Below, piece after piece: positions 1 through 13,604 of a stretch of 64,000 nucleotides of DNA. The position numbers and the translations under genes are program-made. This DNA is from the human T2T-CHM13v2.0 reference genome, Homo sapiens. The stretch lies in the NCBI RefSeq assembly GCF_009914755.1, contig NC_060927.1, one strand, 5' to 3'. Position 1 is the stretch's first letter. Each line of letters starts with the position of its first letter. The notes beneath the pieces are model-generated. The model had not been told where the DNA came from. It saw only the letters and a program-made list of their open reading frames with translations, and made no database searches.

Positions 1-2450
1 TATGATGGAAGAGGTCCAATATAATCAACCTGCCGCCAAGTAGCTGGCTGATCACCCCAAGGAATGGTGCCATATCGAGGGCTCAGTATTGGTCTCTGCT
101 GCTGGAAAATTTGGCACTCAGCAGTGGTCATAGATAGGTCACCCTTGGTGAGTGGAAGTCCATGTTGCTGAGTCCATGAGTAACCGCTATCTCTGCCACC
201 ATGGCCACTTTGTCCATGGACCCACTGGGCAATGACAAGGGTGGCTGGGGAAAGAGGCTGAGTGGTCTCCATGGAATGGGTCATTCTTCATCCTTCATTA
301 TTAAAATCCTCCTCTGCTAAGGTCACCTGTTGGTAAGCATTCACATGGGATACAAATGTCTTCACAGTTTTTGACCACTCAGAGATGTCCATCCACATAA
401 CTCTTCCCCAAATTTCTTTGTCACCAATTTTCCAATCATGCTTCTTCCAAGTCCCTGACCAACCAGCCAAACCATTGGCTATGGCCCATGAATTGGTATA
501 TAATCACCCATCTGGCCATTTCTCTGTTCATTCAAAGATCACAAACAGGTGCACTGCTTGAAGTTCTGCCCACTGGGAAAATGCACTGGACTTATTGATT
601 TGTGAGGCATTTGTGTACTCTCCACTGCCGTCCTTCATGGATGTCCTAGAAAGGGGCTGTAGTGCTGCAGCTGTCCACTTTCGGGTGGTGTCTGCACATC
701 ATGCAGAACCATCTGTGAACCATGCCCTTGTCTTCTCTTCTTCTGTCAACTGATCATAGGAAATACCCCATGAGGCCACCAGTGCAGGCTGGGGAGAGAA
801 GGTAGGGTGTCAGGAGTGCAGACCATGGGTGTTTGAGCCACTTCCTAATGTAACTTACTTGTGCCTTCAGGACCTGCTAGAGTCAGATCACGTATATACT
901 ACTTCCATTTGATGATGGAATACTGATGTGCATAACCCACTTTATGGCTAGATGGGTCTGAAAGCACCCAGTTCATGATAGGCAGTTCAGGTTGCATGGT
1001 GAGTTGATGACCCGTAGGCAAACATTCAGTTTCCACCAAAGCCCAGTAACAGGCAAAGAACTGTCTCTCAAAAGGAGAATAGTTATCTGCAGAAGATGGC
1101 AGGGCCTTGCTCCAAAATCCTAGAGGCTTCTGCTGTAATTCACCTATGGGGGCCTGCCAAAGGCTCCAACCAGCACACCTATCAGCCATTGACACCTCAA
1201 GCACCATTGGATCTGCTAGGTCTTATGGTCCAAGTGGCAGAGCAGCTTGCACAGAAGCCTGGATCTGTTGCAGAGCCTTCTCCTATTCTGGACCCCACTC
1301 AAAACTGGCAGCCTTTTGGGTCACTCGATAAATGGGCCACAGTAACCCACCCAAATGAGGAATGTGTTGTCTCCAAAATCCAAATAGACCCACTAGGCAT
1401 TGTGCATCTTTCCTGGTTGTAAGAGGGGCCAAATGCAGCACTTATCCTTCACCTTAGAAAGAATATCTCAACAGGTCCCACACCACTGGACTCCTAGAAA
1501 TTTTACTGAGGTAGAAGGTCCCTGAATTTTAGTCTAATTTGTTTCCCATTCTGTGACACACAAATGCCTCATCAATAAGTCCAGTGTGTTTTCTACTTCT
1601 TGCTCACTGGATCCAATCAGCATAATGTCATCAGTGTAATGGACCAGTGTGATACCTTGCGAAAGCAAAAAGTGATCAAGGTCCCTCCAAATAAGATTAT
1701 GACACAAAGCCAGAGAGTTGATATGCCCCTGAGGTAGGACAGTAAAGGCATATTGCTGGCCTTGCCAGCTGCCGACAAATTGCTTCTGGTGAGCCTTATA
1801 AACAGAAATGGAGAAAAAGGCATTTGCCAAGTCAATGGCTGCATGGCAGGTACCAGGAGATATGTTAATTTGCTCAAGCAATGAAATCACATCTGGTAAG
1901 CAGCCGCAATTGGAGTTACCGCTTAGTTAAGCTTATGATAATCCACTGTCATTCTCCAAGATCCATCTGTCTTCTGCACAGGCCAAATGGGAAAGTTGAA
2001 TGGGGATGTGGTGGGAATCACCACCCCTGCGTCTTTCAAGTCCTGATGGTGGCAATAATCTTCACAATCCCTCCAGGAATGTGATATTGGTTTTGATTTA
2101 CTATTTTTCTAGGTAGAGGCAGCTGTAATGGCTTCCATTTGGCCCTTTGTCACCATAATAACCCTCACCCTACCAGCCAGGGATCCAATGTGGGGGTTCT
2201 GCCAGCTGCTAAGTATGTCTATGCCAAATCTGCATTCTGGCACTGGGGAAATGACCACAGCATGAGTCCGGTAACCCACTGGACTCACTGTAAGTCAGAC
2301 CTGAGCTAAAACTCCATTAATTACCTGACCTCCATAAGCCCCTACTTTAACTGGAGGACGACAGTGATGTTTTCGGCCTCCTGGAATCAACATCAGCCAA
2401 AAGCCAGTGTCCAGTAGTCCCTGAAATGTCTTATTATTTCCCTTTCCCCA
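1..2450 (-). pseudogene. HERV-L pro-pol remnant (protease, RT, RNase H, integrase start)
   Basis: DTG protease motif; RT AIDLANAFFSI/LPQG/YTDD; connection-domain PLGFWSKALPSSADNYSPFE (899-1207); RNase H pieces (288-470). Confidence 0.92.
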
Positions 2451-2885
2451 ATGCACAGTTACCCTGGTAAAAGGTCAGAAGTCTTCTTGGGGAAGAATGG
2501 GAAAAAGATTCACTGCATAAATTGTCGGTAATATACTGGGGTCTTTCCTCAAGGGGATCCGGCCTCTCCTTCATTCAAGGGGTTCCAGATCTGTAAACTG
2601 GCTCAAGTCTGGAAATTGATTGATGGACGATGATTTTCTGTTTTTATAATTCAAAGTAGTCTTTTGTGCATTTGACCTAGAAATTTTCTGCTTGTATTAA
2701 TTAAGTAGAAATACAGTAGTCTTCCTATCATTTTCACTTCTAGCAACACCGTGATTAATTAGCCAATACCAGAGCTCTACACTAGTCAGACTATTCTGAT
2801 TGCTGCCTTGCCTCTGCTGTCCATGACAGTAGCTATGCCCACCTTGCCTTTGATGATTGAGTGCCGCCACTTGGCCTGTGCCACC

Positions 2886-4307
2886 TCAGGATCCAGTTAT
2901 TCCTACTCTATTTAAATTTTGTAGTTGAGTGACTGCGGGTCCCACTGTTAGATCTGACATACAGAGAAGAGCAACCACAGGGCTCTTCAAAGATGCAGGT
3001 GCTGCCCTCACAAATGTATTTTGCAAGGCATTAGTCAAGGGTATATCTTCTGGACCCTCACAGCTGGGATGAGTAGGTCTAAAGGGAGTAATCCACTCCA
3101 CCATCCGAATCTCCTTAAGCTTTTGGATCCCTTCATCTACATTAAACCAAGTGAGATCAGGCATTTCCAGCTTACTCACAGTGGGCCATCTTTTAATCCA
3201 TATTTCAGCTAACCAAGCAAATAAACTATTAGAATCTTTTTAACTCCCTGAGCTGCAACATGAAATGCAGAGTCCCTACTTAGTGGGCCCAAATCAATAA
3301 ATTCAGCCTGATCCAACTCTATGTTCCTTCCACCATTATCCCACAGCCTTAATATCCATTCCCATGTCTGTTCTCCAGATTTCTGTTTATATGAATTAGT
3401 AAACTCAAGCAGTTCTTTTCGAGTGTAATGCACCTCCTCTTGGGACACACTGTGAACCCCACCTCTAGGGACCCACTGGGACTTTAGTTATATGTCTAGA
3501 AGTAAACAGGGGTGTTGGGGGTTGCTCCTAAGGAGAATCAACATTATCTTGCCTGGCAACTGCCTCAGGGGAGGCCTCAGGCAGCACAGGGTATATCTCC
3601 TCAGACAAAGGTAGAAAGGCTCATGACAGCATGGGTCGAGGAGGGGATATTGCCACTACTGGGGATGGGGAAGCTGTTTCTTCTGGCAAAAAAAAAAAAA
3701 AAAAAAAAAATTCATCAGCAGTGTCCCCAGCTTCATCAGGATCCTCTCACACATTCCCATTCCAAGTTGCAAGGTCCCATTCTTTTCCAATCAATGCCCT
3801 CACTTTAACAGTAGATACCTGGTGAGGCGGTTCATGCATCTTTTCTTGCAGTCAGCCACTTGCATGGTAAGAGCTTGGGTCTGTTTTCCCAAATTTCAGC
3901 TCTTTCTCTACAGGAGGTAAGACTCTCACTCAGGGCAATCTAATCAGATTTGAAGCTCAGTATCTGCTTCTGAAGCTGGGAGATAGAATCGCTGAGTTCA
4001 GCATTTTCTTTCATTATTTTATCTGCTGAACTTAGGAGCAACCAACCAGTTTCATTACATTCTTGCTTCTCCACAAATGGTCAAAGGTATTATGTGTAGA
4101 GTCACTAAACTCCTTGCCACTCATGAGCAATGAATCAGGAGTGTAAAGTGCATTTACTTTGCATAACTCTGTAAACAGTTCATGTCGATGACTATCAGGG
4201 TTTGCCATGCTATTAGAAGTAGAGTCCTTAGCATTTTTGAGTCTAATCATATTAAGCAGCCAACTCCAGAAACCCCAAAACCAAGAAAAGAACTCCATCC
4301 TTAACAT
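2886..4307 (-). pseudogene. HERV-L gag remnant (fragmented)
   Basis: ORF pieces 4032-4307, 3209-3448 (WEWILRLWDNGGRNIELDQAEFIDLGPLSRDS) and 2886-3179 resemble ERVL Gag. Confidence 0.88.
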
Positions 4308-4322
4308 TCTGTTCCTCTAGAA

Positions 4323-4337
4323 CCACTCCTGATACCA
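4323..4337 (-). promoter_or_regulatory. Primer-binding site, tRNA-Leu type
   Basis: The plus strand reads CCACTCCTGATACCA, one mismatch from the recalled tRNA-Leu(UAA) 3' end CCACTCCTGGTACCA. It lies 5 nt inside the LTR boundary. Confidence 0.8.
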
Positions 4338-4342
4338 AAATC

Positions 4343-4770
4343 TGTTATTAATCAGGGTTCTCTAGAGGGACAGAACTAATATATATGTATTTTATTAACT
4401 ATTAACTTACATGATCACAAGGTCCCACAGTAGGCCATCTGCAGGCTGAGGAGTGAGGAGAGCCAGTCTGAGTTCCAAAACTGAAGAACTTGGAGTCCGA
4501 TGTTCCAGGGCAGGAAGCATCCAGCAAGGGAGAAAGATGTAGGCTGGAAGACTAGGCCAGTCTCTCTCTTCACATTTTTCTGCCTGCTTTTATTCTAGCT
4601 GCACTGGCAGCTGATTATATTGTGCCCACCCAAATTAAGGTGGGTCTGCCTTTCCCAGCCCACTGACTCAACTTTTAGTTTCCTTTGGCAACACCCTCAC
4701 AGACATACCCAGGATCAATACTTTGTATCCTTCAATCCAATCAAATTGACACTCATTATTAACTATCACA
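4343..4770 (-). mobile_element. MLT2A1 5' LTR of the HERV-L
   Basis: TG...CA termini. The minus strand begins TGTGATAGTTAATAATGAGTGTCAATTTGATTGGATTGAAGG and ends GTTCTGTCCCTCTAGAGAACCCTGATTAATAACA. Length 428 bp. Confidence 0.88.
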
Positions 4771-5429
4771 TTTCTATTCTGTTCCTAAAGCCACACTGTC
4801 TCAACTTCTTTTAAAGCACCTTTTTGGCCTGGGCCCGAAGGCTAGACAAATCAATTTAGTCCAGTATCAAGAACAAGGCAAAACAAGACAAAACAAAAAA
4901 ATTCCACTTTTCTCTGCATTAAGTTGTCAATAACCCTAAAGCATCTTCCATGTGTAAACACTGTAAACTTGACTTCTTTCTAGAAGATTAAAGTTCTGGA
5001 TTAGTAGTTGTACATAAACAAAGTATGCAGGCTAAATTATTTTTACCCATTATTATGTCCAATGTCTGCTTATTATCAGGGAGGACTTTGCCAGAACCCA
5101 ACTTTGAATTTGTTCATTCAAATAATTAGTACACTAAGGCTTATATACGTGAAACAAGTAAAAAGTAATCATGGTGTTATGTAACCAAGTATTAGAAATG
5201 TCAGATGGGATATTTGTCAGCATTCAGTGATTTAAAGCTTTTGATATCTGTAAAAAAATGTATTTTCTCTCTTTTATTAGTTTCCTGTCATGAGACGTTT
5301 GTGCTTCTTTAGTCATTGTCACTTGATTCAAACAGTAAAGTCTGTGCTGGATGAACATTTTCATTTATATAATAAGAATGGCTTTAATAAACACTTCACT
5401 CAGGTGAGATATTTAAAGTAAGTTCTTTA

Positions 5430-5688
<259 letters not shown>

Positions 5689-6989
5689 TAAACTTTTCTG
5701 AGAAAAAGTGAGAGGGCTTGGAAGGATGGTTTATGACAATGAACCAAAGAGCTCTAGCTTTATTTGCATAATAAGGGAGTTCCAAAGAGATTAGAGGGAT
5801 TTGGAAGCTTGCCTGTATACTAGGCAAATGATCCAGCGTATTCTTGTACATGCTCATCCATAACCTTTTTGAGTAGGTAGCAGTCTGCACAACCTGCTTC
5901 CATGGCACGGATAATTGGAACAGTGGTTGTCTTTCTCCAGAATATTTGACTGAGAATCCCAGAGCAAAGTTGATTATGAACTTGGAAGGTCATATAAATG
6001 CAGGTGTTAGGGCTGGAAGGTCATATCAACACAGGTGTTGGGTCTGCCATTTTAGAGAATAATGGGTGGTGGAAGAAGCCATAAAAAGATTAGAGGAAGA
6101 AAAAAGGGGAAAAATGAGTAAATGTCTGAAGGGCAGACATGTAGTATCTCATGGCAGAGGCAAAGGCATGACTGATTCTCAAAGCTGCCTGCCTTCCTGC
6201 CCTTCATATGAATGGCTGCCCAGATACTCTTAAGCCCTATATTTGTATGTCCTTTCAAAACTTCCCTTTTTTTTTAGGTTCCTTGAGCAAGCCATTGTTT
6301 CTTGAAACCAAAATTACCTAATGGGTGCAGTATTTGGGGGGAAAAATGAAGCCTAAGGGAGAATACTACAAAGGAAAACTTATGAACTGATAAGAGAAGC
6401 CAACCAGGAAGGACATACAAGTATGAATGAGTAAGTCACAAAAGGAAGATGGAGATAGGAAGAACTTTGTTTGGAGGCTGAAATCAGCAAAATCGAGTCA
6501 AAACAAAGTGTGGACATACTTTAAGGGAAACGAGAAAGGTTAATATCATGGGTCAAGACAATTTAGGATGAAGTGAAAGCATTGTAAAGGCAGTGCCAAA
6601 AAAAGGTTAAGTTTTCATATATCTTCTCTCTGACAGATTATTCAATTCTGACATTTTTATACCTCCTTTCTTCACTGAAAATAGTCGAAAACATTGCTTT
6701 GTTTTTTTTACAACATACTTCATATTAACCTGTCCTAATTAAAATGTGAACTTTTGTTTTATTTGTAAGAGATACTTAAAATGTTATTGCTACAGTGTAC
6801 ACTATTTTCCCTCTTTAATAATTTGCAAGTAACATAATTCCTTAACAATATTTTTATGGAAAGGTCAGTGAGGCCACAAAACACATTTAGCTGACAGCAC
6901 TTGGAGTTTCTGCCTTTGAAAACATGTTCAGCAGTTTCCAAGTCCATCTATTTCTTATTTTGAACTTTCTCTTGCAAACTACAAATGCC

Positions 6990-7056
6990 GTGTGTATATA
7001 TATATATATGAATATATATTATATATAATACATATGTGTGTATATATGTACTTATA

Positions 7057-7099
<43 letters not shown>
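6990..7099. repeat. (TA)n / (TG)(TA) microsatellite
   Basis: Long TATATA runs seen directly. Confidence 0.95.
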
Positions 7100-7340
7100 A
7101 CATAGTGAGGCCCCATCTCTACAAAAAATAAAATAAGGTTAAAAAAATAAAAATTAAATCAAATTTAAAAAGTCAGCTGGATGTGGTGACATGTGCCTGT
7201 AGTCTTAGCTACTTGGGAGGCTGAGGCTGGAGGATTACTTCAACCAAGGAGATCGAGGCTTTAGTACGTCATGTTCATACCCCTGCACTCCAGCCAGAGT
7301 GATAGAGTAAGACCCTGTCCTCTGCCAAGAATAAAAATTA
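7098..7340 (+). mobile_element. 5'-truncated AluJ-like element
   Basis: CAACATAGTGAGGCCCCATCTCTAC, expanded A-rich linker, and right arm GCCTGTAGTCTTAGCTACTTGGGAGGCTGAGG. Confidence 0.85.
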
Positions 7341-7375
7341 ACGAAAAATGAAAAACATGAAAAATGAAACCTATA

Positions 7376-7711
7376 CAGTCATGTGTTACTTAACAATGGG
7401 GATTCATTCTGAGAAAGGTGATTTTGTCATTGGTGCAAACATCAGAGTGTACTTACACAAATGTTGATGTTATAACTGGCTGCACACCTAGGCTATGTGG
7501 TATAGCTTATGGCTCCTAGGCTACAAACCTATACAGCATGTTACTTTCCTGAATACTGAAGACAATTGTAACACAAAGTTAAGTTTTTGTGTATCTAAAC
7601 ATACCTAAACATAGAAAAAGTACAGTCAAAATGTGGTATTATAATCTTATGGGACCACATTGTATAAGCAGTCTGTCATTGACTGAAATGTCATTATGCA
7701 GAGCATGGCTC
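7376..7711 (+). mobile_element. Tigger3a-like non-autonomous DNA transposon (TcMar-Tigger)
   Basis: TA followed by CAGTCATGTGTTACTTAAC; far end CATTATGCAGAGCATGGCT is a degenerate inverted repeat; internal CACACCTAGGCTATGTGGTATAGC. Confidence 0.82.
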
Positions 7712-8369
7712 TGTTTCATCAATAGAAAACAGCACCAAGCAGTCCTCCAACAACAGCACCATGCCTACAGTGTGGGCCAACAGGCTGGACGCACTCATGC
7801 ACAAGCAGGGCAGATGCCAGGTGTACAGATTTCTTCCCCCCAGCAGTTCTCAGTGTGTTCCAAACCAATGCTGCTTGTAGAGCCATTTCAAATTCCGCAT
7901 GATGCGTATCTATGTGTGTCAGTGCAACATTCATCTTTCCACACCCATATACACAGATTCACTTTCAAGCAAAGAATGCTTCGATACATTGTGCTGGTCA
8001 AATGTCCCACTGTTCTCATGTCCACTCCTTATAATGGAGGACAGGGGAATGGAGAAAGCTGGTATGCCTGCTCACCCTCTCCCTCTTCTTCTTATGGCAG
8101 ATCTAGCCATTATCACTTAAGTTCCTGCTGCCCCTGAATAGCTTTTTTCACATGGTCCCTGGTCCAAAGGGACAGCCTCACTGTGGCTCTGGCGATGGCA
8201 TGGCAGCCTGAAATTCTTTGACCTGCCTCAGGAAGCCATTTCTGTTTCCTGAACAGCCTAAAGTGATCTATGCTTATATCACAATCTTGGGCACATCCAA
8301 ACACTCTCATGTGTGCATACATATTCAACCTTATTATTATTGTTGTTACGTTATTGTTATCAGAATTGT

Positions 8370-8575
8370 AATAAACACTTACATAGTGCTTCCTATGTGT
8401 GAGACAGTCTCCTAAGCTATTAAGTCATTTAATCTTCATCACAACCCTGTGAAGTAAATTCTAGTATAATCATTTCCTTGTTGCAGAGGAGGAAAACCGA
8501 CACCTGAAGGGATTAAGGTGGGATGCACAACTTGCACTGGCAATCCAGTTCCAGAGCCCATACTCTCGTTCCCTA
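8370..8575 (-). mobile_element. MIR
   Basis: TCATTTAATCTTCATCACAACCCTGTGAAGTA...GAGGAAAACCGACAC core in reverse orientation. Confidence 0.7.
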
Positions 8576-10734
8576 CACACACTTTCTTTCTATACCTGCA
8601 TGCACATGCTCACACGTGCAGACACACATGCATCTGCCTGCTCGTCCATATAAAAATCTAAACGTAGCTCTAGCACTCTAGACCCTCACTTCATGCATTG
8701 AACCAGCATAGGGGACGTGGCTCAAATAAGCATATTATAAAATCTTCCACATGATTTAGATTAATGATTCTATTTAGAAACCATTGCTTTAATCCATGTC
8801 TTCTGTGGTTCTTGTCTAATTGTGAGGCAGAATTGGGAAAGGCTTCACAGAGGGGAGAGTATTTTCTAAATCCATCTTCTCTCTTTTTACCTCTTTTAGC
8901 CAGGAGCCAGCATGATGTAGAACTACATTTAATACCAAAGGGTCTTTCCAGATTCCCATAGCTCTCCTCATTATGGTCTTTTATTATGGAAAACATTCTC
9001 TCACATCTCGCATTCTTGCCTCATCTATCTACTCCAAGTGAGTTTGGTAGTTAGAGACTGGAAATTTTTCCTCTTTAAATACTATACATTTTTAAAATCT
9101 GTATTAATTTAGGATTGATTAAATGGGTTAATTCCAGACTTTCCAAGGCTAACACCGTATCATGTGGTATCTTGAAAGCCTGGAGGTTTTGAGATATCTG
9201 CTATTTTTATAACCTAAAGAGTGAAGAAGTGGCTCAGGAGAAGAAAATTAATCTCAGTGTTTTCATGGGATAGGGATCGTTCTGGGAGTATAGGGAGAAC
9301 CATGAGAGGAAATGTAGGAAAAGTATGTACTCTACATATTTAGGGAGATTCCTAGTGCATGACATTTGGGACATAAAACCTTTTATATTTTTTGTGAGAC
9401 AAACAGACTTGATTCAGGCTTCTCTATGCTATTTATGAGCCCCAAGAAGGCTTAGCTACAAGGTAGGGGACTTGTGACTTGGAGTTTGTTATAATGATAG
9501 GAAATCTTATGTTAACAAAACAATATCAAAGTAAACCATTTCAATGAAGTTGTTAACTAAATTCTCTTACTTTCCTCTCCAATCTGGCATAGTTTTCACA
9601 ACTCCAAAACTGAGATAACAATAGTGCCACCTTCCTCAGTTGTTAGACGGAATAAATGAGTAGTACCAGCCCACAAAATGCTGAATAAGTGTCAGCTTTT
9701 AGTAATAGAATTCTAATTGGTATTGAATAATATAATTTCTGATATAAGGGATCATTCAAAAGAATTGAGTTTTAAATTTTCTACTATATACAGCTAGCTT
9801 AAGAGTTTAATATAACACTTTGACATCCATTTTTTTCTTTCCAAAACTAGCAATTACATCCAGTTTCCAACATAGCATAATGAAATGTTTAGATACAATT
9901 GTAATGTTTTATATTTGAGAAATCAAAGCTAGAGACTGGTTCAAGGAGACATAGCTACCAAAGGCAGAGTCAGGGCTCCAACGCAGGTCTTCTGATGAAT
10001 AGTGAGAAAATAAGACAAACTATGATAAGTCTTAAAATATGGCATAAGTTCTATTGTGGTTCAGATGAAGAAAGGGGAACATCTTAATGGGAACTGATGG
10101 ATAGACGGTGCCTGTTTGAAATTCTGTTCAATTGCTTACGTTTTGCCTGGATGTTTCTGTAGATTCCACTGAATTAGTCAGCCTTACTGATTTGAGGTTC
10201 TGACCATGAAAGTTGGCTTCAGAGTCATTTCATCCTAATCCAGTTAGAATCAGCTTCACCCTTTTCACTTACATGATAAATCAGGCTCAAGCCTTGCACT
10301 CTGCTTGAGAGGAGGTTGGAAATGAGTTCCCAATTTAGAATAAGACCATCTGCACCATATGTGGGCCATCCAACTGGGACTGGCTCTGCCCTGGCTACCA
10401 AACTAATTATGGATATATTTCAGGGTGTAAGTTACTAGGCTTAAAATCCTTAATTGGCAAAGTTTTATTTTGTTAAAATCCCTTTGCTTTCGCTTTGGAA
10501 AAAAAGCTCAGTAATCAAGATAAAATATGTAATGGACTATTAATTCAAATCAAATTTAATTTTAAAAAATCCATGATGAATATAACATTAAAATTTTAAA
10601 TGAAGACAAGATTGAATACTTCAGAGCCCTTCCTCTGTATCCTCATCCTAATCTGGCCCTCTTTCCAATAAAAGTTTTTAAAAGTAGGCAGCCAGCGTAC
10701 AGGCCATAGTTTACCCATTTGATCTAAATTTAAT

Positions 10735-10814
10735 TTAAATCTAAATATATATGTATATATTTAAATCTAAATATATATGTATATACTTAAATCTAAATAC
10801 ATACATATATATAT
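10735..10814. repeat. AT-rich minisatellite, 26 bp x3
   Basis: TTAAATCTAAATATATATGTATATAT starts at 10735, 10761 and 10787. Confidence 0.9.
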
Positions 10815-11064
10815 AGCATGAAATTATCTTGATTATGGAGTTTGGGGGTGACTATTTAAATATTGCTTCTAAGGCAAGTGCCTTTCTAACCCCACCTTGG
10901 TCCCAAATTAGGTTCCCAGTAGCTTTACAGTTGAGATGCTTAGTTAACCCACTGTCTATCACACTTAACTTGCTTATATACCAACACATTTTTGCATAAT
11001 ATCTCAACACCTGTGTTCCAGAAAAGTCCTGGTGTGGAAAATCCCAGAGAATAAAGATTAATAG

Positions 11065-11255
11065 CGCCTATTCATTTCATGCTCACAGTAACCATGTGAA
11101 GTAGATGCCTTTATGATGACCCTCATTAAGGAATGAGAAAGATGAAGCAATAATGATTAAATAGCTTACCCAGGGCAACATAGCAAGTAAGGGATGAGGC
11201 TGAGCTTTAGACTCAGCCGGGCTGACTCAAGAGTCCATCTCCTAGGCTGCTACAC
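11065..11255 (-). mobile_element. MIR
   Basis: TCACAGTAACCATGTGAAGTAG...TTAAATAGCTTACCCAGGGCAACATAGCAAGTAAG. Confidence 0.65.
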
Positions 11256-11708
11256 CAAGTTGCCTGTGTTCAGCAGGAAGTAGGAAGCAGGAAAGAGAGC
11301 CCAGGTAGTGCAGAGCAAAAGATATAGGATGGGGAAAGAGTGTTTTCCGTGGGCATTCTGGTCCCTAGTTTGATGCTATGTGATGCCATCTGCATTTCCG
11401 CCTTTGGGTCGTGCGATTCGTCCTGTATCCTTGGAGAAACTCTCATCATTAACTTGCACTAGCACAAGTAGATTTCTGCTGGTCCTCAAAAGATCTTCAA
11501 TACAAAAACAATCATGGATCAAGGCTGATTGTTCCAAAACTCCACCCTGATAACACCCACATTGCTTTCTTACTTTGACATCTGTACTAGTTTTTATCAA
11601 CTCAACAATCATTTCATTTGTATTAAATGTTTATAGTTTTGTCTACAGGCTATTTTACCACTATTGTTATTCTTTTCAAAAATAGTGATATATGAGCAAA
11701 TATATATA

Positions 11709-12345
<637 letters not shown>

Positions 12346-13544
12346 AATTGTACTTACCTTCCACCTGTACTGTCTCCATGTTGCACAAGCTTTCTGCTCC
12401 CATTGTATCTAATTGTGTTGTACTCATAGTTGTCACACAGTAACTATTTTAGAATAAGTAAAACCCATTTAATAACCGTTTCTATTTTTACCCAGATACG
12501 AGAACAAACATCATCTCCAACGCTTTTAATATGCAACCACATATTTTAAGTGTAAAAAGATGTTTGCTTTCTGTGCGGTTCACATTGGAATAAACAAGTC
12601 TGAATTATGAGATGCTGTAATTCCTTAGAGAGACACTGATGACAGTATAAAACCTGAGTGCAAAGCTCAAATGGTTTGTGTGTTCACCAAAAACTCAATT
12701 CAAAATTATGGCTCAATAATTCAACTTTCTCTATGAGGTTGTCTTATTTTTAATGTTATAACCTTCCTAGATTAGAGAACCAAGCACATAATATCCACAG
12801 ACAAAATCAAACAAAGCCTAGAAAAAAAATCAACTATTTTTTAAGTCCATTACAACTGAGTAGTATGAGTAATTATTTTATTTTCATAGCCAGTGCAATG
12901 GAATGTGAGTCTGCACCAGTTTTGGAGGGTATTACCTAAAGTTAGCTTTGAAAGAAATGGTGGAAATGTACTAGAAATACAATGCATGTTTCCGAGCTTA
13001 CTTTGTGAATTCTTGTATCCTCAAGGTTATTCAAATCCAAAATAAGCATATTGAATTCCAGATGGCAAAACCCACGATCCTAGAAAGAAGTGCTGGTAAT
13101 TCTAATGCAGATTCTAACAGCTAGAAATTATTGAATAGCCATTGTTTGAAATAATAAGAGTTGAAATTACTGCAGTAAGACAGACTTAAAGCCTATGAAA
13201 AATTCTGTTCTCTCTCTATTAATTGCAAAAGTCCTTTGGGAAGGCTTAGCTGTCCCTCTCTGATAGCACCCTTAGAGGGTCAGAAATACATCCTTCTGAA
13301 GTCTTACATACTTCAATTAAATTTCTGGGCTTGATTTTCTCATTTGTAAATTGGCAATGATAGTACTTATATCAAAATATTAGTCAGGATTTAATCTATT
13401 AATGGATAAAGTGTGTATCGGCTATGTTATAAATATACAACATTGCTGTTTTTATTTGTTATTATTTTACTCATAGTGTTTATCTCTCTGGTATTAATTT
13501 AACTAAATTTTCTTTGAGACTATATTATAAAACTATAACTATAA

Positions 13545-13604
13545 GACTGCAGTGAGCCGAGATTGTGCCACTGCACTCCAGTCTGGGCGACAGAGTGAGA
13601 CTCT
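13545..13604 (+). mobile_element. 60-bp Alu 3'-arm fragment lacking poly(A)
   Basis: GACTGCAGTGAGCCGAGATTGTGCCACTGCACTCCAGTCTGGGCGACAGAGTGAGACTCT followed directly by GGGGTTAATC. Confidence 0.9.

Larger units (their letters stand above)
1..4342 (-). mobile_element. HERV-L (ERVL) internal region, decayed; gag-pro-pol, continues beyond the left edge
   Basis: Minus-strand ORF fragments carry retroviral motifs in the expected order: gag-like (4307-2886), protease GLLDTG (~2404-2420), RT LPQG and HYTDD (ORF 1534-1890), RNase H AWFTDGSA (~700-727), integrase start and QVDYIGPLP (~1-60). Many stops and frameshifts. Confidence 0.95.

Noticed and set aside
1-4307. Functional HERV-L gag/pol genes
   Set aside because: They are fragmented by many stops and frameshifts into ORFs of under 120 aa.
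7589-8137. 182-aa ORF
   Set aside because: It begins at a non-ATG codon inside a Tigger element and has no protein-family features or exon support.
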